Both the position numbers and the translations under genes were made by a program. DNA of 64,000 nucleotides from the human T2T-CHM13v2.0 reference genome, Homo sapiens, in NCBI RefSeq assembly GCF_009914755.1, contig NC_060929.1; one strand, 5' to 3'. Positions 1 through 14,019 of the stretch are shown here, piece by piece (position 1 is the first letter of the stretch; every line of letters begins with the position of its first letter). The notes beneath the pieces were generated by a model. The model saw nothing but the letters and a program-made list of their open reading frames with translations, searched no databases and was not told where the DNA came from.

Positions 1-1399
1 AAGGAGATGCATTGTCTGTATATATTTTTTAATTTTAACTTTTATTTTAGATTCAGGTGCTACATATGCAGGTTTGTTACATGGGTGTGCTGTGTGATAC
101 TGAGGTCCGCAGTATCATTGATCCTGTCACACAGATAGTAAGCATAGTACCCAATGGGTAGTTTTTCAATCCTAGTCCATTTTCCTTTCTCTCCTTGTAG
201 TTTCCAGTGTCTATTCCCACTTTTATGTCCATGCCTACCTAGTGTTTAGCTCCCACATCTCAGTGAGAACACGCTATATTTGGCTTTCTGTTGCTGTGTT
301 TATTTGCTTTGGATAATGGCCTCCAGCTGCATCCATGTTGTTGCAAATACTTAAGTTAGTTATTTTTCAATGGATGTGTAGTATTCCATAGTTTATATAT
401 ACCACATTTTCTTTATCCAAACCAGCATTATATGTCTTTTGGGTAGAATGACTTATTTTCCTTTGGGTGCATACCCAGTAATGACAATGCTGGGTCAAAT
501 GATAGTTCTATTTTAATTTCTTTTGGGAATCTTCAAAATGCTTTTCACAGTGGCTGAACTAATTTACATTCCCACCAACAGCGTATGAGCATTTCCATTT
601 CTCTGCAGCCTTGCAAACATCTGTTTTTTTGTCTTTATGATAAGAGCCATTCTGATTGCTATGAGATGGTATCTCCTGGTGGTTTTGATTTGTATTTCTC
701 TGATGATTAAGAATGTGGAGCATTTTTTTCATATATTCTTGGCTGCTTGTATGTCTTTTTTTTTTTTTTTTTTTTTTTTGCACATTTTCTGTTCAGGTCC
801 TTTGCCCCTTTTTAATGGGGTTATTCATGTTTTGCAAGGCCAATGTGTAGAATGGTATTTCCTATGTTATCTTCTAGGATTTTTATAATTTTAGATCTTA
901 CCATTATATCTTTCATTCATATTAAAGAATATAATTTGTATATAAAAAAATTTGTATATGGTAAAATTGAAGGGTCCAGTTTATTTCTTCTGCATATGGC
1001 TAGTCAGTATCCCATCACCATTTATTAAATCGGGAGGTTTTTCTTCATTGCTTATTTTTGTTGACTTTGTCCAAAGATCAGATGGTTATAGGTATATGGC
1101 TTTATTTCTGGAAGCTCTATTCTGTTCCATCAGCCTATGTGTCTATTTTTGTAGCAATACCATGCTCCTTTGATTATTTGTAACATTTGGTAGTGTACTT
1201 TGAAGTTGGGTAATGTGATGCCTCCAGCTTTGTTCTTTTTGCTTTGAATTGCTTTGGTTATTCAGGCACTTTTTTATTTCTATATGAATGTTATAATAGT
1301 TTTGTATAATTCTGTGAAATATGATATTGGTAGTTTGATAAGAATCACACTGAATCTATAGATTTCTTTGGGCAGTATGGCCAATTTAACAATATTGAT

Positions 1400-1703
1400 T
1401 TTTTCTTTTTTTTTTTTTTTGAGATGGAGTCTCGCTCTGTCGCCCAGGCTGGAGTGCAGTGGCGCAATCTCAGCTCACTGGAAGCTCTGCCTCCCAGGTT
1501 CATGCCATTCTCCTGCCTCAGCCTCCTGAGTAGCTGGGACTACAGGTGCCCGCCATGACGCTTGGCTAATTTTTTTTGTATTTTTAGTAGAGATGGGGTT
1601 TCACCGTGTTATCCAGGATAGTCTCGATCTCCTGACCTCATGATCTGCCTGCCTCGGCCTCCCAAAGTGCTGGGATTACAGGCGTGAGCCACCTCGCCCA
1701 GCC
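1400..1703 (-). mobile_element. AluY
   Basis: Full dimer after a poly-T, with AluY-type positions (catgccattctcctgcc, ggactacagg, tcaccgtgtta..caggat..tctcgatctcc). Confidence 0.95.
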
Positions 1704-1875
1704 AAAAATATTCTTTTAATCCATGAGCATAAAATGTTTTTCCATTTGTTTGTGTAATCTATGATTTACTTGAACAGTGTTTTGACTATTCCTTGTAGAG
1801 ATTTCTCACTCCCCTGGTTAGACATTTTCCTAGTTATTTTATTTTTGTGTGTGGTTATTGTAAATGGGATTGCAA

Positions 1876-2227
1876 TTTTTTTATTTTTTATTTCTGTAAG
1901 TTATTGGGGAACAGGTGTTGTTTTCTTGCATGAGTTAGTTCTTTAGTGGTGATTTGTGAGATTTTGATGCACCCATCACCCAAACAGCAAACACTGCACT
2001 CAATTTTTACAAGGGACATACCTCAATGTAATAAAAGCCATCTATGACAAACACACAGCCAACATAATACTGAATGGGAAAAAGTTGAAACCATTTCCTC
2101 TGAGAACTGGAACATGACAAGGATGCCCACTCTCACAACTTATCTCCAACATAGTACTGGAAGTGCTAGCCAGAGCAATCAGACAAGAGAAAGAAAGAAA
2201 GAAAGGGCATCCAAATTGGTAAAGAGG
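1876..2227 (-). mobile_element. L1PB-type short insertion with an inverted ORF2 segment, nested in the older L1
   Basis: 1876-2006 is an L1PB 3' end on the - strand. 2008-2227 is L1 ORF2 RT-region sequence on the + strand. Flanking near-duplication: gggattgcaatt (1866-1877) / gggattgaatt (2226-2236). Confidence 0.8.
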
Positions 2228-2833
2228 GATTGAATTCTCGATTTGGCTCTCAGCTTGACCATTATTGGTGTATAGATATGCTGCTGATTTTTGTACAGTG
2301 ACTTTGTATTCTGCAACTTTACTGAAGTTATCAGTTCTTGGAGCCCTTTGCCAGAGTCTTCAGGGTTTACTACATATATAATCATATCCTCTTCAGAGAC
2401 ATAATTCTACTTTTTATTTTTCTATTTTGATTCCACGTATTTCTTTCTCTTTCCTGATGGATCTGGCTAGGACTTCCAGTACTATGTTGAATAGGAGTGG
2501 TGAGAGTGGGCATCCTTGTCTTGTTCCTGTTCTTAAGCGGAATGCTTCTAGCTTATGCCCATTCAGTATGATGTTGGTTGTGGGTATGTTATAGGTAGTT
2601 GTTATACTGAGGCATGGTCATTTAATGCTTAGTTTATTGAGGGCTTTTGTTATGAAAGATGTTGGATTTTATTGAAATCTTTCTGTATCTATTGATATGA
2701 GTATTTTTAATTCTGTTAATGTGATGAATAACATTTATTGGTTTGCATAAGCTGCACCCAACCAAGGATCTCAGGAATAAATCCTGTCTGTAGAAATTTT
2801 AAAACAAATTTACAATCACATAAAGCTGGCCTG

Positions 2834-2834
<1 letters not shown>

Positions 2835-2867
<33 letters not shown>
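2835..2867. repeat. poly(T)33 tract
   Basis: Uninterrupted T run, read directly. Confidence 0.95.
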
Positions 2868-2869
<2 letters not shown>

Positions 2870-3699
2870 TATTACTGGTAATGCTAAACAAAGTTCATGG
2901 CAGTGATAGAATACTATTTCCTGCATAATAACTTTTGGTGTCCTAAATTTTAAACAATTGCTCATTATGTTGATTTTAGTAATATTTTGCACGTGGAAAT
3001 TGCATTAACACATTTTAATTATCTTTTAATAAATATTGTAATGTACATGACAATTGATCTGGAGAACTCTCAGTTATAAACCTCTCCCTCCAAAAGCCTC
3101 AGTTTCAGCTAAAGATCTTTTCTGTGAGTGTAAGTTTGTAACATTTTGAAATTCTTTCAGTTTATTTCAATTAATTGCAGTTCCTGTTCTTAAGCCATGT
3201 AGTCCAATAATCTAGTGTGGGTAAATAGTGATTTTAAAGGAAACGATAATAGTTCCATGTTCATAAAGATGAAGAAACAGAACTTGTTTTACTCCAGAGC
3301 TGTCAATATATGTGGAAATCATTCTGTAAGCTTTGCAGAGTTTATTCTTTTAGAAACATGTCTTCATATTGTTTTTATTTATTTTGAGAAATGTGTCACT
3401 GTAAGTAAAATGTATATTTATCAATTTCTCATTTTTCCTTCATTATATGTAAATCATTATTTTACTCTAATTTCTAATTTATTTTCTTACTTGATTATAG
3501 ATATGGATTTCAGTAAAGACAGTTCTCATTTTCTGCATTTTTTAATGGGTGCTATTATTATTCTTTTCATTCCATGATCATTTGGGAAAAAAGTGCCAAG
3601 TAGAAGAGGGAATGTTACAAATGATCTTATCTCTAGGTGTCAAATTCATGAGGTACAAGAATGGTCTCACGCCATGTCAGTGCTCTAGCCTTTACATTA

Positions 3700-4285
<586 letters not shown>

Positions 4286-4304
4286 AAAACAAAAAAACAC
4301 TGTA

Positions 4305-4745
4305 TAAAGCAAAATAAGTCAGGCACAGAAAAATAAATACCACATGTTCACCCTTATACCTGGAAACTATAAAAGATTTTGTTTCACAAAAGTGGAGAGT
4401 AGAATTATGTCTGTGGAGGCTGAGAAAGGTAGTGAGAAGGGGAGGATAGAAAGAGGTTGTTAAGCAAATACAAAATTACAGCTAGATAAGAGGAGTAAGT
4501 TCTAATGTTCTATAACATTGTAGGTTGAATGTAGTTAACCATAATTTATTGTTTATGTTTAAAAGCTAAAAGAGAAGATTTTTTATGTTCCCAACACAAA
4601 CAAAATAATAAATGTTTGAAGTTACAGATATTCTAAGTACCCTGATAGGATCTTTAAATATTGCATTGATATATCCAAATATATCTCTGTATCCCATAAA
4701 TACATACAACTATTACAGGTCAACAAAAAAAAATAAATAAAAGAA
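4305..4745 (+). mobile_element. L1MA-type 3' end
   Basis: aaaataagtcaggcacagaa...caaaattacagctagataagaggagtaagttctaatgttctata..., then an A-rich tail. Confidence 0.8.
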
Positions 4746-5206
4746 AAGCATGAGAAAAAAGTGGTATTTTGAGTAGATTTTTAAGAAAGAAAGTTCTATC
4801 TCCTCTTCATTATGCCAAAAACCTGTAGTTATCATTTAAACCAAGCCCTGCCAGTTTTTCCTGCTAAAATCGAGGTAGATGATGTGACACATTGCCAATA
4901 CTATTAACCTAATATAAGCTATCATCACTATGAATCAGACAGCTGGAAAAGCCAACTGGTTTCTCTTTTGTAAACTTCAAGAAGAAGAAGCAAGTGTAAG
5001 TTTTTAAAAATGTAATTCACGCTATCATAAAGCAAAGCAACCAAGAACAAATCTTTGAAATTGTTCATCACATTTTCCCCAAATTGTGAAGAAATTCAAT
5101 TAGTTCCCCTGTATCAGCATAAAAAAAAGTTAAAAAAACAAAAGCCAAAACAAATGGCAAAAATAAAGTGAGAAAAAAATTAGTGTAGCAGATATCATAT
5201 GGCTAA

Positions 5207-5577
<371 letters not shown>

Positions 5578-5822
5578 TGTAATTTAAATTTAACCTATTG
5601 TGTTATTATGGATTTCAAGGTTTTTACAAAAATAACAAAAAAATTGTCTGCCAGAGACATCAAGATCTGGCTCTTGCTTACTTCTCTAGCATTACCAAAA
5701 GCCATTGATGACACTGACCTCCACAGTTACCACCTCACTAGATTCTACCATGATCCACTACACTAAGGTTCTTTCTTGCACAAGAAAAATTCCTACTTGG
5801 CCATTATATTAAAAAATGCACT

Positions 5823-5913
5823 GGCTGGGTGCGGTGGCTCATGTCTGTAACCCCAGCACTTTGGGAAGCCGAGACGGGTGGATCATGAGGTCAGGAGTTC
5901 AAGACCAGCCTGG
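5823..5913 (+). mobile_element. Alu left-arm fragment, 3'-truncated
   Basis: ggctgggtgcggtggctc...gaccagcctgg, then an abrupt loss of Alu similarity. Confidence 0.9.
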
Positions 5914-6190
5914 ATACTGGGTACTAAGGGTGTATAGTACATTTTTTCCTGTACATATGTACTTATGATAAAGTTGAATTTGTAAATTAGGCACAGCACA
6001 GAATTAACAGTAATAATACAAAACAATTATAACAATATACTGTAATAAAAGTTGTGAAAATGTGGTCTCTTTCTTGCTTTCTCTCTCTCTCTGTCAAAAT
6101 ATCTATTGTTCATTTAACATATTTGGAGCACTGTTGATAAGTAACTGAAACTGCAGAAAACAAAACCATGATTGAGTGGGGAAACTACTA
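5914..6190 (+). mobile_element. MER44/Tigger7-type DNA transposon, 3' part
   Basis: tatgataaagttgaatttgtaaattaggcacag...caatatactgtaataaaagtt...gtaactgaaactgcagaaa...gaaactacta matches the recalled MER44 consensus and ends at TA. Confidence 0.8.
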
Positions 6191-6599
6191 TATATAAAAT
6201 ACAAAATAGAAATATATGTGTTTATATATATATATATATATATAAATGATATAAACACAGAAGAATAATAAACAGTCCAAGAAACACATGACAAACACTT
6301 GTTACAGAGATGCAAATATAATCATTCAATAAATAATGCTTATAATCCATAAAAATATGGGAAATCCCAATATGTATGTGGGTATTTCTTTTAAATTAAA
6401 CATTTTACACATAAAAGTAAAAACTGTGAAGTAAAAAATTTTTAATGTTTTTAGTAATGGAATGGAAATGAGAAAGATGGTCAGTAAGTTTGGATTTATC
6501 TTCAGTCTTAAGAAATTCACCTAAACTAAACAGAATTTTAAAAGTGATTATGGCATTGTCATAGTCAAATAACTGAAAACGGCAGTTTATTTTAAAACT

Positions 6600-7150
6600 T
6601 CTAAGTGCCAAACAGAAATAATGTGTTATAAATAGGGAAATAAATTTTCAACAGTTGAAGACTTCTTATCAGAAATAATAGAGGGCAGAAAACAATTAAA
6701 AATAAATTTAAAAAAATATCCAAACAGAATTTTATCTATATTATCCAAATATTTCTCAAAAATAAAGGCAACATAAAGGTTTCTAATAAAACACAACTAT
6801 AAGGAATTGTTACCAGCAGACCAAACATTTCTAAAGGAAGTCCTTTATGAAGAAGAAAAATGACATTAGAAAAACATGAAGAGTATCAGAAATGGTATAT
6901 GTGTGAGTAAATATAAAATACATTGTTTCTTTTTGATTATTTATGAGTATTGTCTTATGGGAGTTGCATTGCATACAGATTTAATTCATACAACACGCAT
7001 GGATGAAAGACAGCAATTAGGAGAAACTATCTAAAATTTCTAGATCTTATGTGAGTGGAATTATTGATTCCATATAAACTATGAAAAGTTAAGTATATAT
7101 AGTCATTCTTTCACATAAACTGCTATGCAATAATACAATAAAGTATACCT
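6600..7150 (+). mobile_element. Ancient L1M, ORF1 3' region (degenerate)
   Basis: gacttcttatcagaaataatagagggcagaa...taccagcagacc...aaaggaagtccttt resembles L1M ORF1. Confidence 0.6.
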
Positions 7151-7244
7151 GAAAACCTAAGAAATAAATTGAAACGCCAATTGAAAGATAAACACTAACT
7201 ATATGACCCAGCTATTTCAGCTATTCCACTCCAATATATTTATT

Positions 7245-7562
7245 TATGTGTGTGTGTGTTGTCTGTTTGTTTGTTTGTTTTGAGACTGACTCTCATGCTG
7301 TCACCCAGGCTGGAGTGCAGTGGCTCGATCTTGGCTCGCAGCAACCTCTGCTTCCCTGGTTCAAGTGATTCTGGTGCCTCAGCCTCCCAAAGAGCTGGGA
7401 TTACAGGCATGTGCCACCATGCCTGGCTAATTTTTGTATTTTTAGTAGAGCTAAGGTTTCACCATGTTGCCCAGGCTGGTCTCAATTCCTGACCTCAAGT
7501 GATCCACCCTCCTCAGCCTCCCCTAGTGCTGGGATTACAGGTGTGATCCAAAGCACTCAACC
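7245..7562 (-). mobile_element. AluS (Sx/Sz-like)
   Basis: Full dimer whose tail has decayed to (TG)/(TTTG)n. TSD caatatatt. Confidence 0.93.
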
Positions 7563-7761
7563 TCAATATATTCACATAACAGAAATAAAAACATATGCAT
7601 CACAAAAAGACTTGCACGGTTTTATTTGTAAAATTATTTAGATTGTTTTATTAACAATCACAACATTGGAAGAAACTCCAATGTCCATCCACAGGTGAAT
7701 GTATATACAGAATGAGATATATACATACAATGGAACACTATTCATCAATAAAAGCAATGTA

Positions 7762-8204
<443 letters not shown>

Positions 8205-10042
8205 CTATAACAACAATATACTAATAAGACTGATACAAACAAAACTGATGTAACAAAATACCAGTATAATGAATGAAAAAGTAAAAAACTATAAAAATAC
8301 AAATATTAGAAAGATAAGCGAGTGAGAATATAAAACTTATTCATGAGAAAATTGACATCTAGAATGAAATGGACAAATTTCTCAAAAAAAGTACAGGATA
8401 ATAAAAATATTTCTCAATAGTTTCATTTCTATTTAGAAATAAGAAATAGATGCTATTATTAGCACCCTTTTAAATTAAAACAAAAGCAAAACCAAATAAC
8501 AAGCCAAGATAGCTTCAGAGAGGTAGAAAACAGGGTGTACTTCCGATGTATTCTTATGAGGCTAGAGTAAAGGAAACTTCACAAGGACACTACTAATCAC
8601 ACACACATACATACACACACACACACAGAAACCATTTGTGAATTGACAATAATTGTATAGTAATTGTATTGTGTGGTAACTTAGCACAAACCACAATGTT
8701 TTCCAGATGTGTCTTAGTTCACCAATATTTGGGAATATTGCCTGCTGTTTATACTCACATATTTGCAAAAATATTGCTTTATGTTTACCTTAAGCTGACT
8801 TGAGAGCCAGTAATCTTTCGTAAATATGATTTTAGCCTCTAGTCAATCTGTATTACATTATTTAATTCTGGGCAAAATATTGCTAACATTAAAAATCCTA
8901 GAATTCTCTAATCTCTACATTAATATAATAGCCCTGAGTCCCAAGAGAATTTGCTATATGTTTATTAGTAGATTTCATTGACTGCAGCCTGCAATTGAAA
9001 GCAAAGTTATAATTCTTAAGCTTTTCACAATGTTATTTATGGTAACTCACCCTTATCTAAATTCATGGAAAGTAATGCAATATGGCTAATGGATTTTAAC
9101 AAATGTCCAAATTTTACATGCTTGAAAATTAACACCATGAGAAAAAAAAGGATTATGGTAACCCTTTCAATATTTTATTATTAAGTGGTCCTAGTTACTG
9201 GTAGTTATACTGACCTCTCTGACAGGAACGTTGAGGGAAATGTTTTATTAATGATTGAAGAGCACTTTGAAAATGTAAAGTGTGACATAAATGTTAAATT
9301 ATTCCTGACATAAGGAACTAGACATACCAGCTGTCCTGGCTATCAATGTCAGATCATGAGATTATTTCTGGAAAGTAACTAGTATCTAATCTTTGTCCTT
9401 TCTGCCTTTTGAGGGGACTGATGATGTATGTATTACTCAGTAAAATTCAATAAACTTTAATGGCTTTCTGTTACTTTAGAGTACTTAATAAGATCAAAAC
9501 AATGTTAAATAAAAATCGAAGAAGAAAAAATACCACCAGGATTTTTTAAAATGTGAAATTTTTAAAATAGAGCAAAAAATTAAAACAAGTATCATGCTAT
9601 GAAGAGACCAAGGAATTTTGTCCAATGAAATGCAAACTTAAATATGAAGAAGATATGAAGATGATGGAAATTGTGATTAAACATGACATATATGCATGTC
9701 CCAAATCTCGTTTTGCTGAAATGAAAAGGCAAATGAATAAAAGAAATAAACTTACAACAGAATAAAAAAGGCTGCCATTGGTGTCACTTGTTGAAAGACT
9801 TGAAAATGATTCAGAAAAAAATTGGACAGGGTTATGTTGATGAAATATACAGCAGAGGTTTGCAAAAAGGCAGATTAATTTTCAAGTCCAGCTGGAAAAA
9901 CAGTGAGAGACTCTGGACCCAAAACAGCAAGTATTATCCTTGAGAATGAATAAGAAGTGCCATAGCAGACCAACTAGGCAAAAACTGTTTTTCTGTGTGT
10001 AGAATGTGGGAACACGAGTCTTTATTCCCTAACAGAGAGATA

Positions 10043-10046
<4 letters not shown>

Positions 10047-10091
<45 letters not shown>
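10047..10091. repeat. (TG)22 microsatellite
   Basis: Perfect TG repeat, read directly. Confidence 0.95.
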
Positions 10092-10093
<2 letters not shown>

Positions 10094-10490
10094 TGGAGGG
10101 AAGATAAAGAGCATGTGTGTATGGAGGAGCAGCAATTATATTATTTAGTGTGGATGTGGTACTTCATATATGTTCTTTTTTATTTTCCAAATTTTGGAGG
10201 CCCTAGTGTGATAATGAATTCTTCATTCATTCATTCATAAATGCAAATAATACCAATTGACATAATACATGCTCAGGCTTTCTGGTAAGTGTCTAACTCA
10301 GAAAACAACTTTTTAAAGAGACAGACAGATATACACAGGGCAAAGAAAAGGTACATCAACTACCGAGTTCTTCTTTCTGAAGGACTACTGTTGTTATCAA
10401 AAGAATTAATCAGAAGAGAAGAAACCACAACAATAACAAACAGAAAACAAACAATGGCAAGATAAACATAGGACACTATAAGAAATTAAA

Positions 10491-12130
10491 TGTATGTCTT
10501 CTTTTGAAAAGTGACTGTTCATGTCCTTTGCCCACGTTTTTTGGGGTTGTTTCTTGTAAAATTTTTTATGTTCCTTATAGACGCTGGATATTACCTTTGT
10601 TGGATGCAGGGTTTGCAAAAATTTTCTCCCATTCTGTAGATTGCTTCTTTACTCTGTTGATAGTTTATTTTGCTGTGCAGGCTCTTAAGGTTAATTACAT
10701 TCCATCTGTCAATTTTTGCTCCTGTTGCAATTGCTTTTGGCAATTTGTCAGGAAATCATTGCCCATGCCTATGTTCTGAATGGTACTGCCTAGGTTGTCC
10801 TTCAGGGATTTTATAGTTTTGGGTTCTACATTTAAATATTTAATCCATATTGACTTAATTTTTGTATATGGTGTAAGGAAGGGGTCCAGTTTCAATCTTC
10901 TGCATGTAGCAAGTCAGTTATCCCAGAGCCATTAATTGAATAGGGAATCTTTCTCCATTGCTTGTTTTGGTCAGGTTTCTCGAAGAAGAGATTGTTGTAG
11001 GTGTGTGGTCTTATTTCTGGTTCTCCATTCTGTTCCATTGGTCTATGTGTCTGTTCTTGTAACAGTACCATGCTGTTTTGATTATTGGAGCCCAATAGTA
11101 TAGTTTGAAGTCAGGTAGTATGATACCTCCAGGTTTGTTCTTTCTGCTTTGGATTCCCTTGGTTCTTCAGGCTCTTTTTTTGGTTCCATATAAATTTTAA
11201 AATAGTTGTTTCTAGTTCTGTGAATAACGTCAATGGTAGTTTAATGGGAATAACATTGTATCTATAAATTACTTTGGCTAGTATTGTCATTTTAACAATA
11301 ACCATGAGTATTTATACAGACACTTTTCAAAAGAAGACATGCATGTGGGCAACAATCATATGAAATAAAGCTCAACATCACTGATCATTAGAGAAATGCA
11401 AATCAAAACCACAATGAGATATCTCACACCACTCAGAGTGACTATTATTAAAAAGTCAAAAAAATTATAGATGCTGGTGAGTTTGTGGAGAAAAGAAATG
11501 CTTATACACTGTTGGTGGGAGTGTAAATTAGTTCAACCATGGTGGAAAACAGTGTGGAGATTCCTCAAAGACCCAAAGACAGAAATACTATTTTACACAG
11601 CCATCTTGTTACTGAGTATATACTCAAAGGAATACAAGTAATTCTATTATAAAGACAGATGTACACATATGTTCATTGTAGTAAAGTTACAATAGCAAAG
11701 ACATGGAATAAACCTAAGTTCCCATCAATGAAAGACTGGAAAAGAAAATGTGGTACACATACACCATGGAATACTATGTCGCCACAGGGAAGAATGAGAT
11801 CATGCCCTTTGCAGGAACATGGATGGAGCTGGAGGCCATTATCCTTAGCAAACTAACACAGGAACAGAAAACCAAATACCACATACTGTCACTTATAAGT
11901 GGGAGCTAAATGATGAGAACACTTGGACACATAGGGGGAACAACACACACTGGGGCCTGTCAGAGGGTGGAGGGAGAGAGGAGGGAGAAGATCAACAAAA
12001 ACAATTAATGGGTACTAGGCTTAATACCTGGGTGATGAAATAATTTATATAGCAATCCCCCATGACACAAGTTTACCTATGTAACAAACCTGTACTTGTA
12101 CCCCTAAACTTAAAATAAAAGTTAAAAAAA
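10491..12130 (+). mobile_element. L1PA (approx. PA11-PA15), 5'-truncated with a 5' inversion
   Basis: 10491-11300 is antisense ORF2 C-terminal sequence (ORF track: [40 protein letters not shown]). 11315-12130 is the sense 3' end with aataaaa and an A tail. Confidence 0.92.
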
Positions 12131-12642
12131 GAATAAAAAATAAAATAATGATAATGTGGGAGGAGGACCATGGTGGAAAAAAGTTAAAAATAGCATAAAA
12201 ATAAAATTTAAAAAAATTGTGTTAAACATTAAAAATACACAAACCTAATGGTTGGAAAATGAAAAATTTTGCAGTGATAATGGAAATTGACCAATATCAC
12301 AAATTTACATTCTAGGACAAAGCTTTCATGCTATTTATTTTGTGTTTTACAGAAGATGCTCCCATATAATTTCTCCTTCAATGGAAAATACGTTTATTAT
12401 TTCTTTCCTAGTGCTGGTGACAACACTGAGGTTCTGACTAGATCACTCTTATGCCTTAATGCAGAAATTTAATATTTATATACTATGTGAGGATTCTGAA
12501 GCAGACCTAGATTTCTTAACCTGATTGTTCTCCCTTTCTTCATGTCTTTTGTAAATTTTATGACATTTATGAAAACAGTGTTATTGAATGCAAATGTTTA
12601 GCATATGTTCATATTTTAAAGGGATAGAGACATGGAAAACAG

Positions 12643-12812
12643 TTCAAGTTATTTAACCTTTGTGCTTTAGTTCCCTCACCTATAAAGTGGGATAATAATA
12701 GTATGTATCTCATAAAATTATAGTGAAGATTCAATGAGTTAATATATGTAAGATATTTAGAACAGTTTCATGGTCATTGCTAGTACTAACTACATATTTC
12801 TTATTAGTATTA
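12643..12812 (+). mobile_element. MIR
   Basis: caagttatttaacctttgtgctttagttccctcacctataaagtgggataataatagta...aagattcaatgagttaatatatgtaa is the MIR core. Confidence 0.8.
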
Positions 12813-13010
12813 ATTTTTATTTGGTTTTACTCATGTAAAGACATGTATTGGCTCTCTGAATCTTAGTCAGTTCCGAAGTTCTGAACCTCCAGAGGTCTGT
12901 CTTCATTCTTTCCCTGATCTGTCACAGAGTGAGAAAAAAAATATTAAATGAATCAACTGAGTGTAGTAATGGAATTATTACATTTTTCTTTTGAAAAATA
13001 ATCTGAGGAA

Positions 13011-13327
13011 GGCTGGGCATGGTGGCTCACACCTGTAATCCCAGCACTTTGGGAGGCCGAGGCGGGCAGATCATGAGGTCAGGAGATCTAGACCATCCTG
13101 GCTAACACGGTGAAACCCCGTCTCTACTAAAAATACAAAGAATTAGCCGGGCAAGGTGGCGGGCGCCTGTAGTTTCAGGAGGCTGAGGCAGGAGAATGGC
13201 ATGAACCCGGGAGTCGGACTTTGCAGTGAGCCGAGATCGGGCCACTGCACTCCAGTCTGGGTGATAGAGCGAGACTCCGTCTCAAAAAAAAAAAAAAAAA
13301 AAAAAAAAAAGAAGAAGAAGAAAGAAA
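13011..13327 (+). mobile_element. AluY with an 18-bp perfect TSD
   Basis: AluY diagnostics (ggagatc.agaccatcctggctaacacggtg, agaatggcatgaacc). TSD gaaaaataatctgaggaa at 12993-13010 and 13328-13345. ~10-bp deletion in the right arm. Confidence 0.97.
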
Positions 13328-13684
13328 GAAAAATAATCTGAGGAACTGTATTGAAGATTTGGTAAGTGGTAGATTGGACAGGAAAAGCTCTGGATAATAA
13401 ACTTTAATTAATATATGTAAAATACAAGAAGGTATTTAACTGAAGATGCTGCTAAGAGAATATAAAGAAATCTGATGCCAAAAACAGTTCAAGTAAAGAT
13501 TGATAGAACTTTAGAGAATATGTGACTCTGAAGTTCTCCTTTCATTAACCTGAGAAGTTAATATAGAAACAAAAGCACATGGCAAAGTAGGCAGAGTAAA
13601 TGATTTAGTTCAGTCTGAATTGCTTGTGAAAGTTCTAGATAGAGAAATCCAAAATATTTAATCCCCATTAAGATAATGATTATA

Positions 13685-13993
13685 GGCTGGGCATAGTGGC
13701 TCATGCCTGTAATCCCAGCACTTTGGGAGGCCGAGGCAGGTGGATCACAAGGTCAGAAGTTCCAGACCAGACTGGCCAATATGGTGAAACTCCATCTCTA
13801 CTAAAAATACAAAAACTAGCTGGGCGTGGTGGCGGGCACCTGTAGTCCCAATTACTCAAGAGGCTGAGGAAGGACAATTGCTTGAACACGGGAGGTAGAG
13901 GCTGCAGTGAGCCGAGATCGTGTCACTGCACTCCAGCCTGGGAGACAGAGTGAATTCCATCTCAAAACAAAAAACAAAACAAAACAAAAAAAC
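13685..13993 (+). mobile_element. AluS (Sg-like)
   Basis: Full dimer. TSD agataatgattata / agataatgattgta. Confidence 0.95.
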
Positions 13994-14019
13994 AGATAAT
14001 GATTGTAATTCAAGGTAGG

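Larger units (their letters stand above)
25..2790 (-). mobile_element. L1 (old L1PA/L1PB class), 3' UTR plus ORF2 3' portion; interrupted by an AluY and a second L1
   Basis: T-rich tail followed by a reverse-complement L1 3' end (ttttattttagattcaggtgctacatatgcaggtttgttacatggg...), continuing into antisense ORF2 (ctggctaggacttccagtactatgttgaataggagtggtgagagtgggcatccttgtc). It has internal deletions. Confidence 0.9.

Noticed and set aside
3215-3577. 120-aa ORF in non-repeat-looking sequence
   Set aside because: GTG start, F/I/L/Y-rich composition typical of AT-rich non-coding DNA, and no recognisable domain or exon structure.
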